NCBI RefSeq assembly: GCF_000143415.4
Contig: NW_003314275.1
Span: forward strand, 248,001-312,000
Length of the DNA stretch: 64,000 nucleotides
Direction of reading: 5' to 3'
Origin: Selaginella moellendorffii
Taxonomy: Eukaryota; Plantae; Lycopodiophyta
A program made the translations under genes and the position numbers. The notes beneath the pieces are model-generated. The model searched no databases. It was not told the origin of the DNA and worked only from the letters and a program-made list of their open reading frames with translations. Shown in pieces: positions 37,144-49,766 of the stretch (positions are counted from its first letter, which is position 1; every line of letters begins with the position of its first letter).

Positions 37144-38701
37144 ATGGTAGAGGTGGTCTACGTCCACAATGCTCAAGCGCTATCACCGACGGGATCTGAT
37201 AACAAGCGGCGTGCCATGAATTCGCCCTCGTCCTCCAGCTCCATGATCCTGCCGAGCCAGCAGCAGAATGGCCAGCAATTGCAACCGGACGCCGCCCTCT
37301 CCAGCGCTGCTCCTCCCCCATTCCTCACCAAAACGTATGATATGATCGACGATCCGGACTCGGATGCCATCGTCTCGTGGACGGGCAAAGGCAACAGCTT
37401 CGTGGTGTGGAACCCGCTGGATTTCTCGCGGGATTTGCTGCCCAAGTACTTCAAGCACAACAACTTCTCCAGCTTCGTCCGGCAGCTCAACACCTATGTG
37501 AGTTCTCTCTCCTCTCCCCTGCGCAATTCTTCCATTTTTCCAGCTTTGATTTGATCTGACTTTACCAGCGCACTGTGCTCTACAGGGATTTCGCAAGGTG
37601 GATCCCGACCGCTGCGAGTTCGCCAACGAAGGATTTCGTCGAGGTGAGAGGCATCTCCTCAAGAACATCCACAGGAAGAAGCCGACGAGCCAAGGCCACT
37701 CGCAACACCAGCCGGGGCAATCCACCGAGGTTGGAAAGCTGGGACTGGAAGGCGAAGTTGACAGGCTCAACCGCGACAAGAATGTGCTCATGCTGGAGCT
37801 AGTCCGATTGAGGCAGCAGCAGCAGCAAACCGAGCGGGAGCTCCAGGTGATGGGACAAAGGCTCCACGGAACCGAGCAAAGGCAGCAACACATGATCTCC
37901 TTCATGGCCAAGGCGATCCAAAACCCCGGATTCCTCTCCAGCCTCGTCCACCAACACGCCAGCGTCGAAGGTGGCAGCGGCGGCGGCGCGTATCTACCAG
38001 GCAAACGGAGAAAGTTGGAGCTGTGCGATCACGACCGGGACGACGTCGAGCTCGATGGACAGCTCGTGCGCTACGATCCCTCCAACGAATCCACTCGCGC
38101 CCGGCTGGTCGAGTTCTTCAGCAAGCCCGACCTGGCGTCCAAGCTCGAGGTCGTCCCGCTCGAGGTCCTGGTCCGCGAGCTTCTTCCCGAGGACGAGGAG
38201 ACGGAGAGGCAGACGCGAGCAACGCTGACGGAGATGCAGGCATTGCCAATCTCTCTCGAGGAGCGGCTGTCCATGGGAGCTACAGTGGTGACGGACGTGA
38301 GCGATCGATCTCCGATCGACGTTCCAGCAACACCGCCGCTGGATCTGTCCTTGGAAGCCAAGGATCTTGACAATGGCATGGCCGCTACGTCACTCGACGT
38401 CGAGGGTGGCGGGGGTGGTGGTGGTGGCGCCGATCGGGATCATGCGACGAGCTCGCTAGCAACCAGCGGGAGCTCCGACAATGTTGGAGGGACGAGCGCG
38501 TTCAAGCTGCTGGGAGAGGTGAATGCCAGCGTCGACAGTGGTGCCGTGGGTGTTGGCATGAACAATGGCTTCTGGGAACAGTTTCTCGGCCCCGCCGCGA
38601 GCAGCGCTCCTCCCCGGCACGAGACGAGGAGTAGCTCCGGGATTCCGTGGTGGGCGACCGGCGCCAAGATCCACGACAAGCCCGACCAACACGACTTGTA
38701 A
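37144..38701 (+). CDS. Class A heat-shock transcription factor (HsfA1-like), 2 exons
   Basis: [14 protein letters not shown]...[14 protein letters not shown]|GFRKVDPD with the canonical DBD intron, HR-A/B with class A insert, KRRK NLS and AHA motif NGFWEQFL. The start codon could be a later Met. Confidence 0.93.
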
Positions 38702-39421
38702 AAACGAAAGGTTTGTTCAAACATAAGTTTGATCGATCGCTCACAACATCATCGCTTTCCACACCACAGATGTTCTTTATTTGTTTCAAGGAGTGGGACT
38801 ACTAGCACTGAGCGGCTCATGGATCTCGCAAGTTTGTCCCACAATTCCTGGACAGGTACCCGTAGCTATCGCGAAAACGCTAACAAAATCTACTCTTGCT
38901 TGATTCCTCAGGAGGAAGGCATGGATGCGATCAGCAATGAGATCACGGTGGTGTACAGTGAGCGAGAAGTAGAAGATACCACCACATTTTGTACTCGACT
39001 TGTATAGACATCTCTCGATCAATCGATTGAGTTGAGTGAAATCTTTGCAGCTATAGATCTCATGGTGGTGTGACAAAAAAAAAAAAAAGGAATTATCCCA
39101 CACAGAGATAAAACGCAACCGTGGGTCAAAAAGCTCTAGAAGCGTGAGGGAGTTGGTTGTTTCGCCTCGCTTTTTTTTCTCCTTGTAGCTTTTTGTTTTG
39201 CCCACCCAACACCAACTAACAACAAAAACAGCCTTTGACTTTCAAGCTTGTTTAATGGTGGTTGGTTGGTTGTTTGTTTACACCTTCCAGTCAACCGACT
39301 CTATTCCGCCCAGTCAAACACTCCCGTGCGATCGCGATTTTTCCATGGGCGATAACTTCGTTTTATTCCAATTTGTAAAATTCCAGTCCTAGAGAAGAGG
39401 AGCGGAGGAATCTTGCTGTGA

Positions 39422-40123
39422 TCAGTAGCGTCCGCGCTTGCGAATATTCCTGTGCCTCTTTGCCGCCGGCTTCTTCTTCGCGGCTTTGTTGCGCTTTCGC
39501 CCCAGCGCTGGTCGCGACTTTGACCTTGACTTTGACCGTGACATCGCCCTCGCCCTCGACCTGGACCGACTGCTCCTCTTTGTTTTCCTCGTCTTGGGTT
39601 TCTTCTTGTTTGATTTTTTCACTGGTGAGATCTTTCTAGTCGATTGTGATCGTCGCGGTCTCTTTGTGTTTCTGGGCTTCTTCTGGCCGCAAGATCTTGT
39701 CCTCTTCTTCTGGCTTGATGGCGCTCTGGTTCTTGCCCGGCGACGTCTAGATGGCTGCGGCTCCTCGGTCTGCTTGACGAGGGATGCTTGGGGATTCTTC
39801 TTGAACCAGGGCGTGCATCGGAACTTGGACTGGTCCTTGACGATCCGGCCGGAGCGGACGAGCTTGCGGAGCTGGAGCGTGAGCATCTTGCGGAAGTTGT
39901 CGGGGAGCTGGCCCTTGTGCTTGCTCTGGATCGCCTTGGCAATGTTCAGCGCACTCGCCCCCTTGCGCTGCTTGGTAGAGACGATGGCGTCGCGGATCAT
40001 GACCGCGTACTTTGGGTGCTGGGAATTGGGCGAATTGCTCAGGTTGAGCGTGGCTGAAGACGATGCCCCCTTTTTCCCCATCTGATCGTCTCGAAGCCGC
40101 TGCTGCTGCTGGAGTGCCTCCAT
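39422..40123 (-). CDS. Linker-histone H1 domain protein with Arg/Lys/Ser-rich tail (protamine-like candidate)
   Basis: H15 globular domain HPKYAVMIRDAI...GAS..IAKAI...LPDNFRKMLTLQLRKLVRSGRIVK followed by a very basic R-rich C-terminus. Intronless. Confidence 0.85.
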   Translation of the reverse strand: MEALQQQQRLRDDQMGKKGASSSATLNLSNSPNSQHPKYAVMIRDAIVSTKQRKGASALNIAKAIQSKHKGQLPDNFRKMLTLQLRKLVRSGRIVKDQSKFRCTPWFKKNPQASLVKQTEEPQPSRRRRARTRAPSSQKKRTRSCGQKKPRNTKRPRRSQSTRKISPVKKSNKKKPKTRKTKRSSRSRSRARAMSRSKSRSKSRPALGRKRNKAAKKKPAAKRHRNIRKRGRY

Positions 40124-40297
40124 TGGAGTGAAATGGGCGCGAATCCAAGAGAAAATGGAGCCCAACAAAGGCTCGAACAAGATAGCAAGAGCAGCCAGAA
40201 TGGATTCAACAGGTGCTTTCTTGCGCCAGTTACCCAGATTTGAAATTCAAAATGGCCCCCCGCGCCCGCAAATCTCGCGCGCAAGGAATATGCGCCG

Positions 40298-42226
40298 ATG
40301 CGTTTCACCCTTGCTGGATTCGAACCTGGCCGTTTTCAAATCAAGCTAGGGTTCTGGGTACCGGGCATTTTCGTTCGTCCCGGCGGTGGCGCTGGCGCTG
40401 GCGATGGCGATGGCGATCGCGGTGGAGAGAAATGGAGGAGCCGCCGTCGCCCTGTGAGTGATTCATGCTGCTTGGAAGTAGGGCAGCTCGGGATCGAGAT
40501 GGAATACCGCAGGCGCAGCCTCAGCATGCACGGCCTGCGTCCTTCCAGGTCGCTCTTCAAGCGAAATTGCGACATGGCGACGCTGGAGAGATTGGACAAG
40601 CGCATGATTAAGCTCATCACGGTGGATGTTGTGAGGGATATTGTGAGCCAGCGAATGGGACTGAAAGCCATTGACGATGATTGGCGAAACGATCATGTGG
40701 TGAAGCGAAACTATACGGTTCGATCGACACCCAAGAACCGGGAGGTGGAGGACTACGCCAGGAGAGTCGCGGCTGGGACGCCCGCGAGTAAGGCAAGCAG
40801 TAATCTTCAGAAGGGTCCTACGACGTTTTCCATGGGCTGTGGTGCTAGTACTAGTGATGGAGTTGGTTCTAGTAGTTCGTCCCAGATTCCAAAATGGCTG
40901 GAGATTTACAATGGCACGAAGTCAAGTCCAGCAGAACAAATTGATCGGGAGGCGACACTCACGGCGAACAAGCTCAAAGAACTTCACGTCACAAAAGGGA
41001 AGTTGTGGGAGGAGTCAGACAAGAAGAAGCGTCAACTTCTCAAGAAACAGCAGAAGCCCGACGTGGTAAGCTTGATTGGTCTTCTAGTTTTATATTCTAG
41101 CGATTTCATATCGGGGTGATTGCAGAGTGATGCCTTCACGAGGCTGTCGGATGAAGAAGAGAGGGCAGTCGAAAGTGCGCTTTACAGTAAAAGCAGGTGC
41201 GAGTCACGTTAGTTTTTCTATTTCTTAAATGCATTAATCTCTCTGTGCATCAGGCAAAAGGTCCTCGTGATGCATGAGCAATCAAATATTGAAATCACTG
41301 GAGCTGTCATGGAGTGTTTGCGCCCTGGCACCTGGCTCAATGACGAGGTAATGTTGCTACTTTTTAGTTTTCTTCAGCACTGTTTACAAGTTGCTTTAAT
41401 AACAGGTGATCAATTTGTACATGGAATTGCTGAAGGAGAGGGAGATTCGAGAGCCCAAAAAATTTTTGCGGTGTCATTTCTTCAATACTTTCTTCTACAA
41501 CAAAGTAAGCCTGTCTTGGAAAAGAAAGAAACTTACATTTGGTTTACTCGTTAAGCTCTTCAAAGACAAGGACAAATATGACTATAAGGCAGTTAGACGT
41601 TGGACAACACAGAAGAAACTAGGATACAGCCTACTTGATTGCGATAAGGTGTGGCTTTTATTCCCTTTATTTATGTGTTTGCTTATTTGCCTCTTGCAGA
41701 TTTTTGTTCCCATTCACAAAGATATTCACTGGTGCCTGGCCATTATCAACATTCGGGACCAGAAGTTTGAGTATCTCGATTCTCTCAGTGGGATTGACGA
41801 AGATGTGTTGGAGGTGTTGGTAAGTACCCATGCCCGTCTTTCACGTTCTAAAGCGTTTCTTTATAGAGCAATTACATTGCGGATGAAGCGAAAGATAAGC
41901 TTGGAAAATCTATAGATGTCAGTGGGTGGGGGAAAGAGTATCCGGAGGACATACCCGGTCAGGAAAACGGGTATGCAAGCTTCACCACTCTCAAATCGTT
42001 TCTCTCAAATCGTTTGTTTATGTTTCTGCTCCTGCAGGTGTGATTGCGGCATGTTCATGATCAAGTATGCGGACTTCTACAGTCGTGGGAGCTCTCTCCC
42101 TTTCACGCAGGTACTTTCGATATGGATTTTGATTGTCCTTGTGTATAAACTGGATACAAACAGGGGGACATGGAATACTTTAGAAGGAGAACGGTCTGGG
42201 AAATACTCCGTCTCAAGGCAACTTGA
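40298..42226 (+). CDS. ULP1: ULP1/ESD4-type SUMO protease (peptidase C48), multi-exon
   Basis: CLRPGTWLNDEVINLYM, CHFFNTFFY, IFVPIHKDIHWCLA, Q-E-N-G-C-D-C-G-M-F and MEYFRRRT. The 5' end is uncertain. Confidence 0.92.
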
Positions 42227-42383
42227 GCTTTACAAGTAAACCCTGATCTTTTCTGCTCTCTTTCCTGGTCTGATACTATACTATCCCAGCAGTTCATTCG
42301 AGCGAGAGCAATAAACCAGAAATGACATTTTTTTGATCCGTCGTTTGTACATGCCAAGAAGTTGGCAGGCGGCTGGTTAAGAA

Positions 42384-43949
42384 CTATGAGCTGTTGTTCG
42401 AGTAGAGCTGGTGCCAAAGATCGGTGAACACCCGGATAATGAGATCGTGAAACTTCTCGTTATTGAGCATCAAGTACGTTCGGAGCAGCTCCTCAAGGTC
42501 CCGGTAGTGGAAGAGATCCTTTTTGAGGATCATCTCCACCATGGATTCTCTGAAGTCCCTGTAAGGGTTAACCGACGCTTTCTCGACAGCAAAGCTCTCC
42601 ATTACTCTGCTGGTAAATGCTTGACTTCGCTCCGTTCTTTTAAGCCTGTTGGTGTCATGTTCTTCAATGCTCAGGTGGATTGGTGGACTCTCAAGCTCAG
42701 TGTGGTAATGTGCCTGGACGCCTTGTTCACCTGCCTCTTCATCAGCGGATAGACAAAACCGGGACCTTTCCCACGACTTAGATAAAGCTTCCGGATCGTT
42801 GTGAAAAGCTTGGTGGTCATCGAATTGACCCGGTGCCAGTGGTGGTGATACTGACCAATGGAACCGGGACTGCCTTCGCTCACTACCAGGGGACACTAGT
42901 TTGAAGACGCCGCTACCACTGCTACTGCCGCTGCTGTTACTGCCGAGGCACCTCGAGGACATAAGAGTTTTCCTGTGCTGCGGAGAGACACAAATCCTGT
43001 TGCCAGTGGACCTGTTGAGATTGTTGGGAGAGTCGAATGAGTTGAAGATGCTACTCTCGCTTGCAAACGGCGACAGATCCTTTTCCCAGGCGTAAGAGGT
43101 GTCGTTCTCCATGCTCTGGTCGGGAGACGTGGTCATCAGTTTGTACATGGCTTCTTCTGTTCCGGGCTTGAAGTTTGCTATGGGACTTTCGGCCAGTGTT
43201 GCAAAACCGGCGTCACTCATCATCATCTTCTTCAACTTGGATTCCTGCTGCTGCGGCTGCTGCTGCTGCTGCTTGAGCGACGACGAGACGGATAGCTTCT
43301 TCTGGAGGACAACCTGTCTCTGAACTACTTTGTTCTCAGATCTGGCCACCACCTTCCAGCGCATCTCCGGCTGCCAGTCTTCTCGGTTGTGCACTGCTGC
43401 TGGAGAGGAAGAAGAGGCTGGGAATCGAGCTTCGTCGGCAACAGGTGAACAAGTAACAGGCGTGACAGAAGACGACGAGGTGCCGAGCTTCGATCGATGC
43501 TTTCGCCTTCTTTGCCGCACCCGGCTACCAGCATTGTCATACAGTTCCGGACGGTGGATAGCAGCAACCGAAAGCTTGTAATCTTCGTGCATCAGGCTCG
43601 TGTGCTGCTTGCAAGGATCACAGCCGAGTGTGAGCCACTTCTTTGGAAGAGGAGTAACGGGAACAGAGGCTCCAGGCCGGGCAGGGAATGTGATGTCCGC
43701 GGCTTTCCTGTTGACGGGGGACTGGGGCAGCTTGTGCTGCTCGTCGGTACTGGTGGGAAGTACCTTTGGTGGCTTGCCTTGGAGGAATCCGCAGCGAATG
43801 TAAGGAATTCGAGGAAGGCCTTGATCTTGCTGCTGCTGCCGCTGCTGGGAGGGAGGAGAAGAAGCACGGCTGGCTGCCATCTTACCGTGCAGCTTGGTGC
43901 TCTTGCTGTGACGCTGCGACGACGACAGCTTGAAGCGGAGCTTCGCCAT
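42384..43949 (-). CDS. OFP: OVATE family protein
   Basis: C-terminal OVATE domain ESFAVEKASVNPYRDFRESMVEMI...DLEELLRTYLMLN..FHDLIIRVFTDLW. The likely start is MAKLRFKLS. Confidence 0.9.
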   Translation of the reverse strand: MAKLRFKLSSSQRHSKSTKLHGKMAASRASSPPSQQRQQQQDQGLPRIPYIRCGFLQGKPPKVLPTSTDEQHKLPQSPVNRKAADITFPARPGASVPVTPLPKKWLTLGCDPCKQHTSLMHEDYKLSVAAIHRPELYDNAGSRVRQRRRKHRSKLGTSSSSVTPVTCSPVADEARFPASSSSPAAVHNREDWQPEMRWKVVARSENKVVQRQVVLQKKLSVSSSLKQQQQQPQQQESKLKKMMMSDAGFATLAESPIANFKPGTEEAMYKLMTTSPDQSMENDTSYAWEKDLSPFASESSIFNSFDSPNNLNRSTGNRICVSPQHRKTLMSSRCLGSNSSGSSSGSGVFKLVSPGSERRQSRFHWSVSPPLAPGQFDDHQAFHNDPEALSKSWERSRFCLSADEEAGEQGVQAHYHTELESPPIHLSIEEHDTNRLKRTERSQAFTSRVMESFAVEKASVNPYRDFRESMVEMILKKDLFHYRDLEELLRTYLMLNNEKFHDLIIRVFTDLWHQLYSNNSS

Positions 43950-46540
43950 TGAGCGGCGAGCTGGTGTCGTGCTGAAAGCTCTCGAGATCGCTGCTGCCTT
44001 TTTTGCTTTTCGGGGGCTCGAAATTTTGCGGAGATCCGAGCAGTAGGAGAAAGAGAAGAACTTTTGCGCCGCGCCTAGAGCGCTTACCTGCGACAGCTGT
44101 GCTCGCTCATCTTCCCAAGAATGCAAAGTCACAAGAGGTGCTCTCCTGGGGGCACATTTTCATGTCTCCTCCCACCCTTCCAAACAAGTTTTTAGTTCTC
44201 CTCCTCGGCCTCCACTCGGGGTTGACATGGCTAAAAGCTGAAGAATATTGGATTAAAATAAAACTATCTTTTTTCTTCTTTCTTTTCTCTCAAGAAAGGT
44301 AGAGCAAAAGCTTGCAGTGGCCGTGAGCCACCAAACATACACACACATCAAATGCCCCTATCATTGCACGTGAAGAGAGGAAGCAATGCAAATCAATCAA
44401 GCCATCAATCAGTGAAGAACTACCTTGTGCTATGGGCTAAACTCAAGACTTTGGTTTGGTATTTTGTGGAGCTGTTCCATCCTTTGCTGTTGCATGCAAG
44501 CATCAATTGTGTGTTTGTGCACCCATAGCCTTCATAGACCAGCCAAGCTCTCGCAAGGACAAGAGGGTCTATCGCCACTTTTGCTGCGAATGCTGAGATG
44601 ATTGTAACTGGGACAATGGATGAAGTTGGGGAAAGGTTTTTTCTTTCACTTTCAGCTTTGCTTGCTTATCTTTCCCTTGAGAAATCAACTCCACTCCATG
44701 TGGTTGAGTGTTGGATCATGGAGGTTAAGACAAAGCCACATTTGCAGACAGCTTTCAAAATTTGCAATGAGCATGATGTCTCCCACATATGAGCAGTGAA
44801 GATCAGTGAGGTGAGGGATTCCCTGACCCTGCATGCATCTCTCAGCCCAGATGTTGCTGCTGCACAACAATATATCAAACATCAAGCTGCAGCTTTGGTT
44901 TGTTTGTATTGATTATTATTTGTAAACTTAAGTTAGTAGGCTTCAAAGGGCCAAGCAAAGCCACCAGAAAGCATCCCCAAAGTTACATTGCATTGTATAT
45001 GGAGACAAGAAATTTAGTTTGCAAACAAACAAAGTGTACAGCTTCCTCTGTACAGACAATTATTCCCCCCCTTTTTTCCCCTCTTTCTTCCTTTTATCTT
45101 TCTATTTCCTTGCATGGCAGCTCATTGCCTTGGCGCCTCTCTCTTCAATTTGGAAGCCCCTATACTGTAGAGTAGACATATAGGATCCCAGGGCGAAGAA
45201 CAGCGATCTTATACCGTGAAATATGTATCGACTTGATATGGCAGAGATTGCATCCAATTCCCTGTAAGCTGTGGTTGATGTGTCTTACATTGGAGCATCC
45301 ACATCAGCACCAGATGCACAGAGACAGACAGTGGCAACAGTCTTTTTGTGTGAAGGTGCAGCAGCGCCCTGTGCCTGTCTGCTGCTGCTGCTGCTCCTCT
45401 GATGAATAAGAGGGAGAAATTGCTTGCACCAACTACAAGAACAAAGAAACAAGAAAAACCACTCAAAGGCCAAATCTACAGCAGTTTTCTTTTCTTCACT
45501 ATTTATCTATCTTTGCTCCCAAAGTATTTAGGAGCCACTACTGTCCTTTAGTGAAGTTGCAGGGTCTTGATTGACTTGGAGAATAAGGTGAGATCACACC
45601 AAAGAAAAAACTCTGAACGAGCACCACATACGAACAAAAATGGGTTTCGCTTTCTAGTGCTATGTGCGGCCAAAGCGCATATCATATTATACTAATCAAA
45701 ACACTTTACATGTCTTCCTGGTATTCCTGGTAGACAAAGCAGCATTGTTGTGACCATGAAAACCGACACAAGCAGCATAAACTAATCCTTGTCGTCACCT
45801 TTATACATGGCTCGTCTCAAGCAATCTTTCCGTCACGTTCGCTCTATTGTGTGCTGGTGGACTTTGAGCAGGAAATTTAAGCTCCTCGCTAACAGCATCT
45901 CTAGAAACTTATACCTTATAGAACTTTGGGATGGGATGGCCTGGGATCTTCGTCTTCTTCTTCTTCTTCTTATTCTCCTTGGTTAGAGTAGCGGAGAAAA
46001 GTCCGCCGGGTCAAGAAAGTTACAGGCATCGCAGGATATTGATATTTTCCCAGACGTACGTATTGCATGCAAGCAATGGCCGACAAACCAGCTCTACGTA
46101 TTTAGAAAATGCACGTGGAATTTGAGGAGAAGAACAGTTTCCCCATTTAACTACTAGATGCCAATGTGTACTACTTTTCATCAATAAAAGTATATGTTTG
46201 CAACTCGCCAACTTTTGTTTTCGCTGCTAGGAATTTGGATTGGATAGGATTTCCTTGACGCAATCAAAAAGTCTGAGGAGTTTAAATTCTAAGTTTTATA
46301 AACACTTTGTATGATCTCTCTCTCTCTTCTTCCATGCACACCGACAGCCAGATTAGCTCCCATGGCAAGAAAGCCTCACTTCTCCTTGCACAAGCAAGAA
46401 AGGGAGGCTCTTCACACGCAGCTTGTGACCCCTTCCACGCCAAGAACATGTGCCACCAAATAAACAAATTCTTCATAGCACACAAAATGTATAGCTTTGA
46501 TTCGCAATCCATCCTCCAAGGACGATGATTTAAGCTTCCC

Positions 46541-47822
46541 CTCAGAGTCATGCGGGATTCCTGAGCGCCGTTACCACTGCCTTGACTTGCGTGTAGTTGT
46601 GGAGGACGTACTCGCCCTTCTCTCGTCCTTGCCCGCTCATCTTTGGACTTGATCCGCACGGATCCCAGTTGGCCGTGTCGATGTCCTTTGTGAAGGCACC
46701 GCACACCTCGGCCAAGACATACTTGGTGTTGTTCGTTCTCTCCGTGGCTTCTTGCACGGTCCTGCGATCAACGGAGCGCCAGAGTTTTAGACTTCTAGTT
46801 TGTAAAGTTACAACGTGCATACCTGAATTTTGTTACGAACTGGTCCAAAGATCTCGTCTCTTGATATCGCCCTGTTGGCCCACGCAACATCATGAATGGA
46901 AGAGCGTCTAGCCAATAAGCAGAGGCTCACCTTCACATCACTGAAACTTGATATACTATCCTTTGTTTCCGGGGCGGCAGCAGTGCTTCCTCTTGTCTTT
47001 AGCTCAGGTGATAGAAAAAGGAAGTTTAAGAAACAGACCTGAGGTTCCTGCTGTTCGATGGATTTCCAACAAGGCACGAGCCTTCGCTTTCTTAATGTAC
47101 TCGTCAACATGCTCTCAAGGAACAAACGCTCTTGATCTTGATCCCGCACAGCAACATTGTCCCCGAGTTGAGACTTGGAGCTATACTTATTTCAGATGTT
47201 AGGCAGAAAGCTTAGCTGATTGGACGAAGCAAAGCGAGAGACCTCCACCGCATGGTCAGTATTCATCATGATGGAAGGAAACTGTCCTTCAGGTTGCTTC
47301 AGGCTGCTGCTTGCAAATTACCAGTCTGCCAGTTTCAGTGAGCAACCTTCACGGGAGAAAAACAAACTTATAACGTAGTTGTCAAGCTTTAAAAGCTCTT
47401 ACCTTGTCTGTATCCACGCTGCAGACGGCGGTAAGAACTTCAGGTGGTAAAACAGCCTTTCTTCAAACAATAGCCATCCAAACAGAAATCCTCATTGCAA
47501 GTAGACAGGCAACAATTCGGCGGTTTTGAGGACGATGGTAAGCACTTTTCAGGCAAACGTCATGTGTCAGCCCGTCCTGTAAGTTATTACCATCAAGCAT
47601 TCATTCATTCAGATAGCTGCATAGTAGCGAAAGACACAATGAACTTTCCACCGTCTATTGCAAGTATTTCTCAGTAAGATCTTCGATCTTTCCTACGAGG
47701 TCAGGAACGAAAAACTTACATAAGCTGTGTTCAGGGACCTTGATCGAAATCTATTAACAGATTGAAAGAGTCTCACATGCACGAAAATGGTTACCTGATC
47801 TGGACGAAGCGGCCCAGCGGGA
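46541..47822 (-). pseudogene. Degenerate tandem copy of ALDH2B
   Basis: Aligns piecewise with 49766-51905, including intron sequence (e.g. [24 protein letters not shown]). It has many deletions and frameshifts. Confidence 0.9.
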
Positions 47823-48144
47823 AGCTGCTACTAATTCCTAGAACAGTCATATAGTAAAACTCACGTGTACCTGTGAAACGTTAGAAATTGAAAAAACACG
47901 AACCTTGTTCAGCTCAACAGGTTTCTGCGCTTTCCAATGAGCCTGTCTTCTGATTCATCCGAGTTTGTCATCCCCATTGGACAGACACAGACTTCGTCCG
48001 CCTGAAATCGAAATACTTTCGATGCTTTTCTGACTGAATATTTTCTTTCTGCTCACCTCCAGTCTCGTTCGCTTGCCATGCTTGGATGATTTCCTGTAAA
48101 GATTTTGAATCAGACAAGCAACTCGTGAGTAACTTCGAATTCTC

Positions 48145-49249
48145 TTACTTGTAGCTCCAGCTAAAGCAAAAGTGGGGAGAATCCGCTTGTCCATCTGAAA
48201 GCCTCTTGATGCTGTAGCAGATGAAAGCAGGCTTCTCGTTCAGTGATACTTCTCCCTTTGTCCACTTCACCGTTTTCATGTCTGAAATTCGGTCCCGGGG
48301 CCAGAAGGACAGAGAATCCACGTCGATCTTGAAGGAGCTATGATTGATGAGACCAAACACTACGCGCCACGATGGTGCTCCTTGTTCTCGGCACATCCTT
48401 GCCGTCATGGTCATCTCAACATCCAGAAGTTCCTCAGCCTCGTCGCTTGAGTTTGTTGCGGGAATTGCTCCTCTCTCAAAGAGAAGTGGTACAGTTTCTT
48501 CTCGTTCCTCCGCTGCTGGTGATGGTTCAACCTTGACGAGATTTTTTTGGGGAGGATTTGCATCCAGAGTCACAGAACTTGCATCCGATTCGGGCATGGA
48601 AAAGGTGATGGGGTGCAGGCACTCTTTGATATCAGCCATCAAGAGGTCTCGATCGAGGGACTGTAGATGCGCGTCATCCTTCCTAGAGATCCAAATCAGT
48701 CACAGAGAAAGCTCGAAGTTCACTTTGTTACCAGCTGCTGGCTATGTGCTGCATCAAAACGTTGTCGAGATCGTTTTCCACCTTGATCAGATGTGCTTCA
48801 TCTAGGAAGAAGAAAAAAAAAGCATATGAAAAACCATGGGAAGGTTTTTGCTTACCACGACCAGAAGTTCTGAGAAGATTGCAAAGAGTCCTCCTCAGAT
48901 CGATGAGCATCAACGCATCTGATTGTACGCACGATTCCTGGTCAGGAACGCTCTTGACGGCCTTGAGACCCCATATTACCCTGCCAAAATCTCTGCGATC
49001 GGTAAAATCTCCACCAGATCGAAGAGAAAGAAAGAGCAGACCTATCGCTGCATCTTGGGAAAGGATTCCTGTATGGCGCCGACCAGATGAGCTCCTGGAT
49101 GCTGGACAACAGCACGCGCCGATCAATCAGTGAGAACGCAATGGCGAGAAGACTTACAAGGAGAATTCTTGAGTGAGCGCTCCTTCCTTGGCGATGTTGA
49201 TCCCCGGCGTAGCACGGACAGAGCTCGGGCTGTCTTCCTCGAGCGCCAT
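48145..49249 (-). CDS. Hypothetical spliced gene of unknown function
   Basis: ATG at 49249 and GC-rich open exons separated by GT-AG short introns (~49170, ~48850, ~48720). No recognisable domain. Confidence 0.4.
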
Positions 49250-49766
49250 ATGACCCTTTTAGGGCAACTTCCCGCCATTTTCCTGTTAAATGTAAGTGTT
49301 TTGTTTGGATTTAAACTTTAAATTTTAAAATAGTATTTATTTTTAAACAATAATTTTAATAAATATAAAAATAATCCAGAAAAATAATAACAAAAATAAA
49401 AAATTTAGTATTTAGCATTAACTACGATAAAAACACAAAATCTTTAAATATAACAATTAATTTTCTAATAAATAAGATTAAAATTTATTAATTCCATTGT
49501 AAGTTTTTGCTATTAAATAGATAATTAATATTAAATAAAAACCAAAATTTAAATTTTTAGATATTATGGTAATTTATTTCATTAAAATTTTGAAACTACA
49601 TATTTTAGTCTTTTAAAAGTTTATAAATGGAAAAAAAAAACTTATCCTATTGTTTTTAAGTACCATAATCATTCCTTGATTATATTAATAGTGTCATTTC
49701 TAAATTAAACTAACTACTGCTTGATGCTCCGAATATTTTTTGTTCTAACGATCGATATTTCAAGCT

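Noticed and set aside
44200-46500. Possible miRNA or ncRNA in the long region upstream of OFP
   Set aside because: I found no conserved plant miRNA sequence or convincing long hairpin by eye.
49310-49720. Extremely AT-rich island (a similar one lies at 56220-56950) as a MITE or Helitron
   Set aside because: No TIRs, TSD or Helitron termini could be identified.
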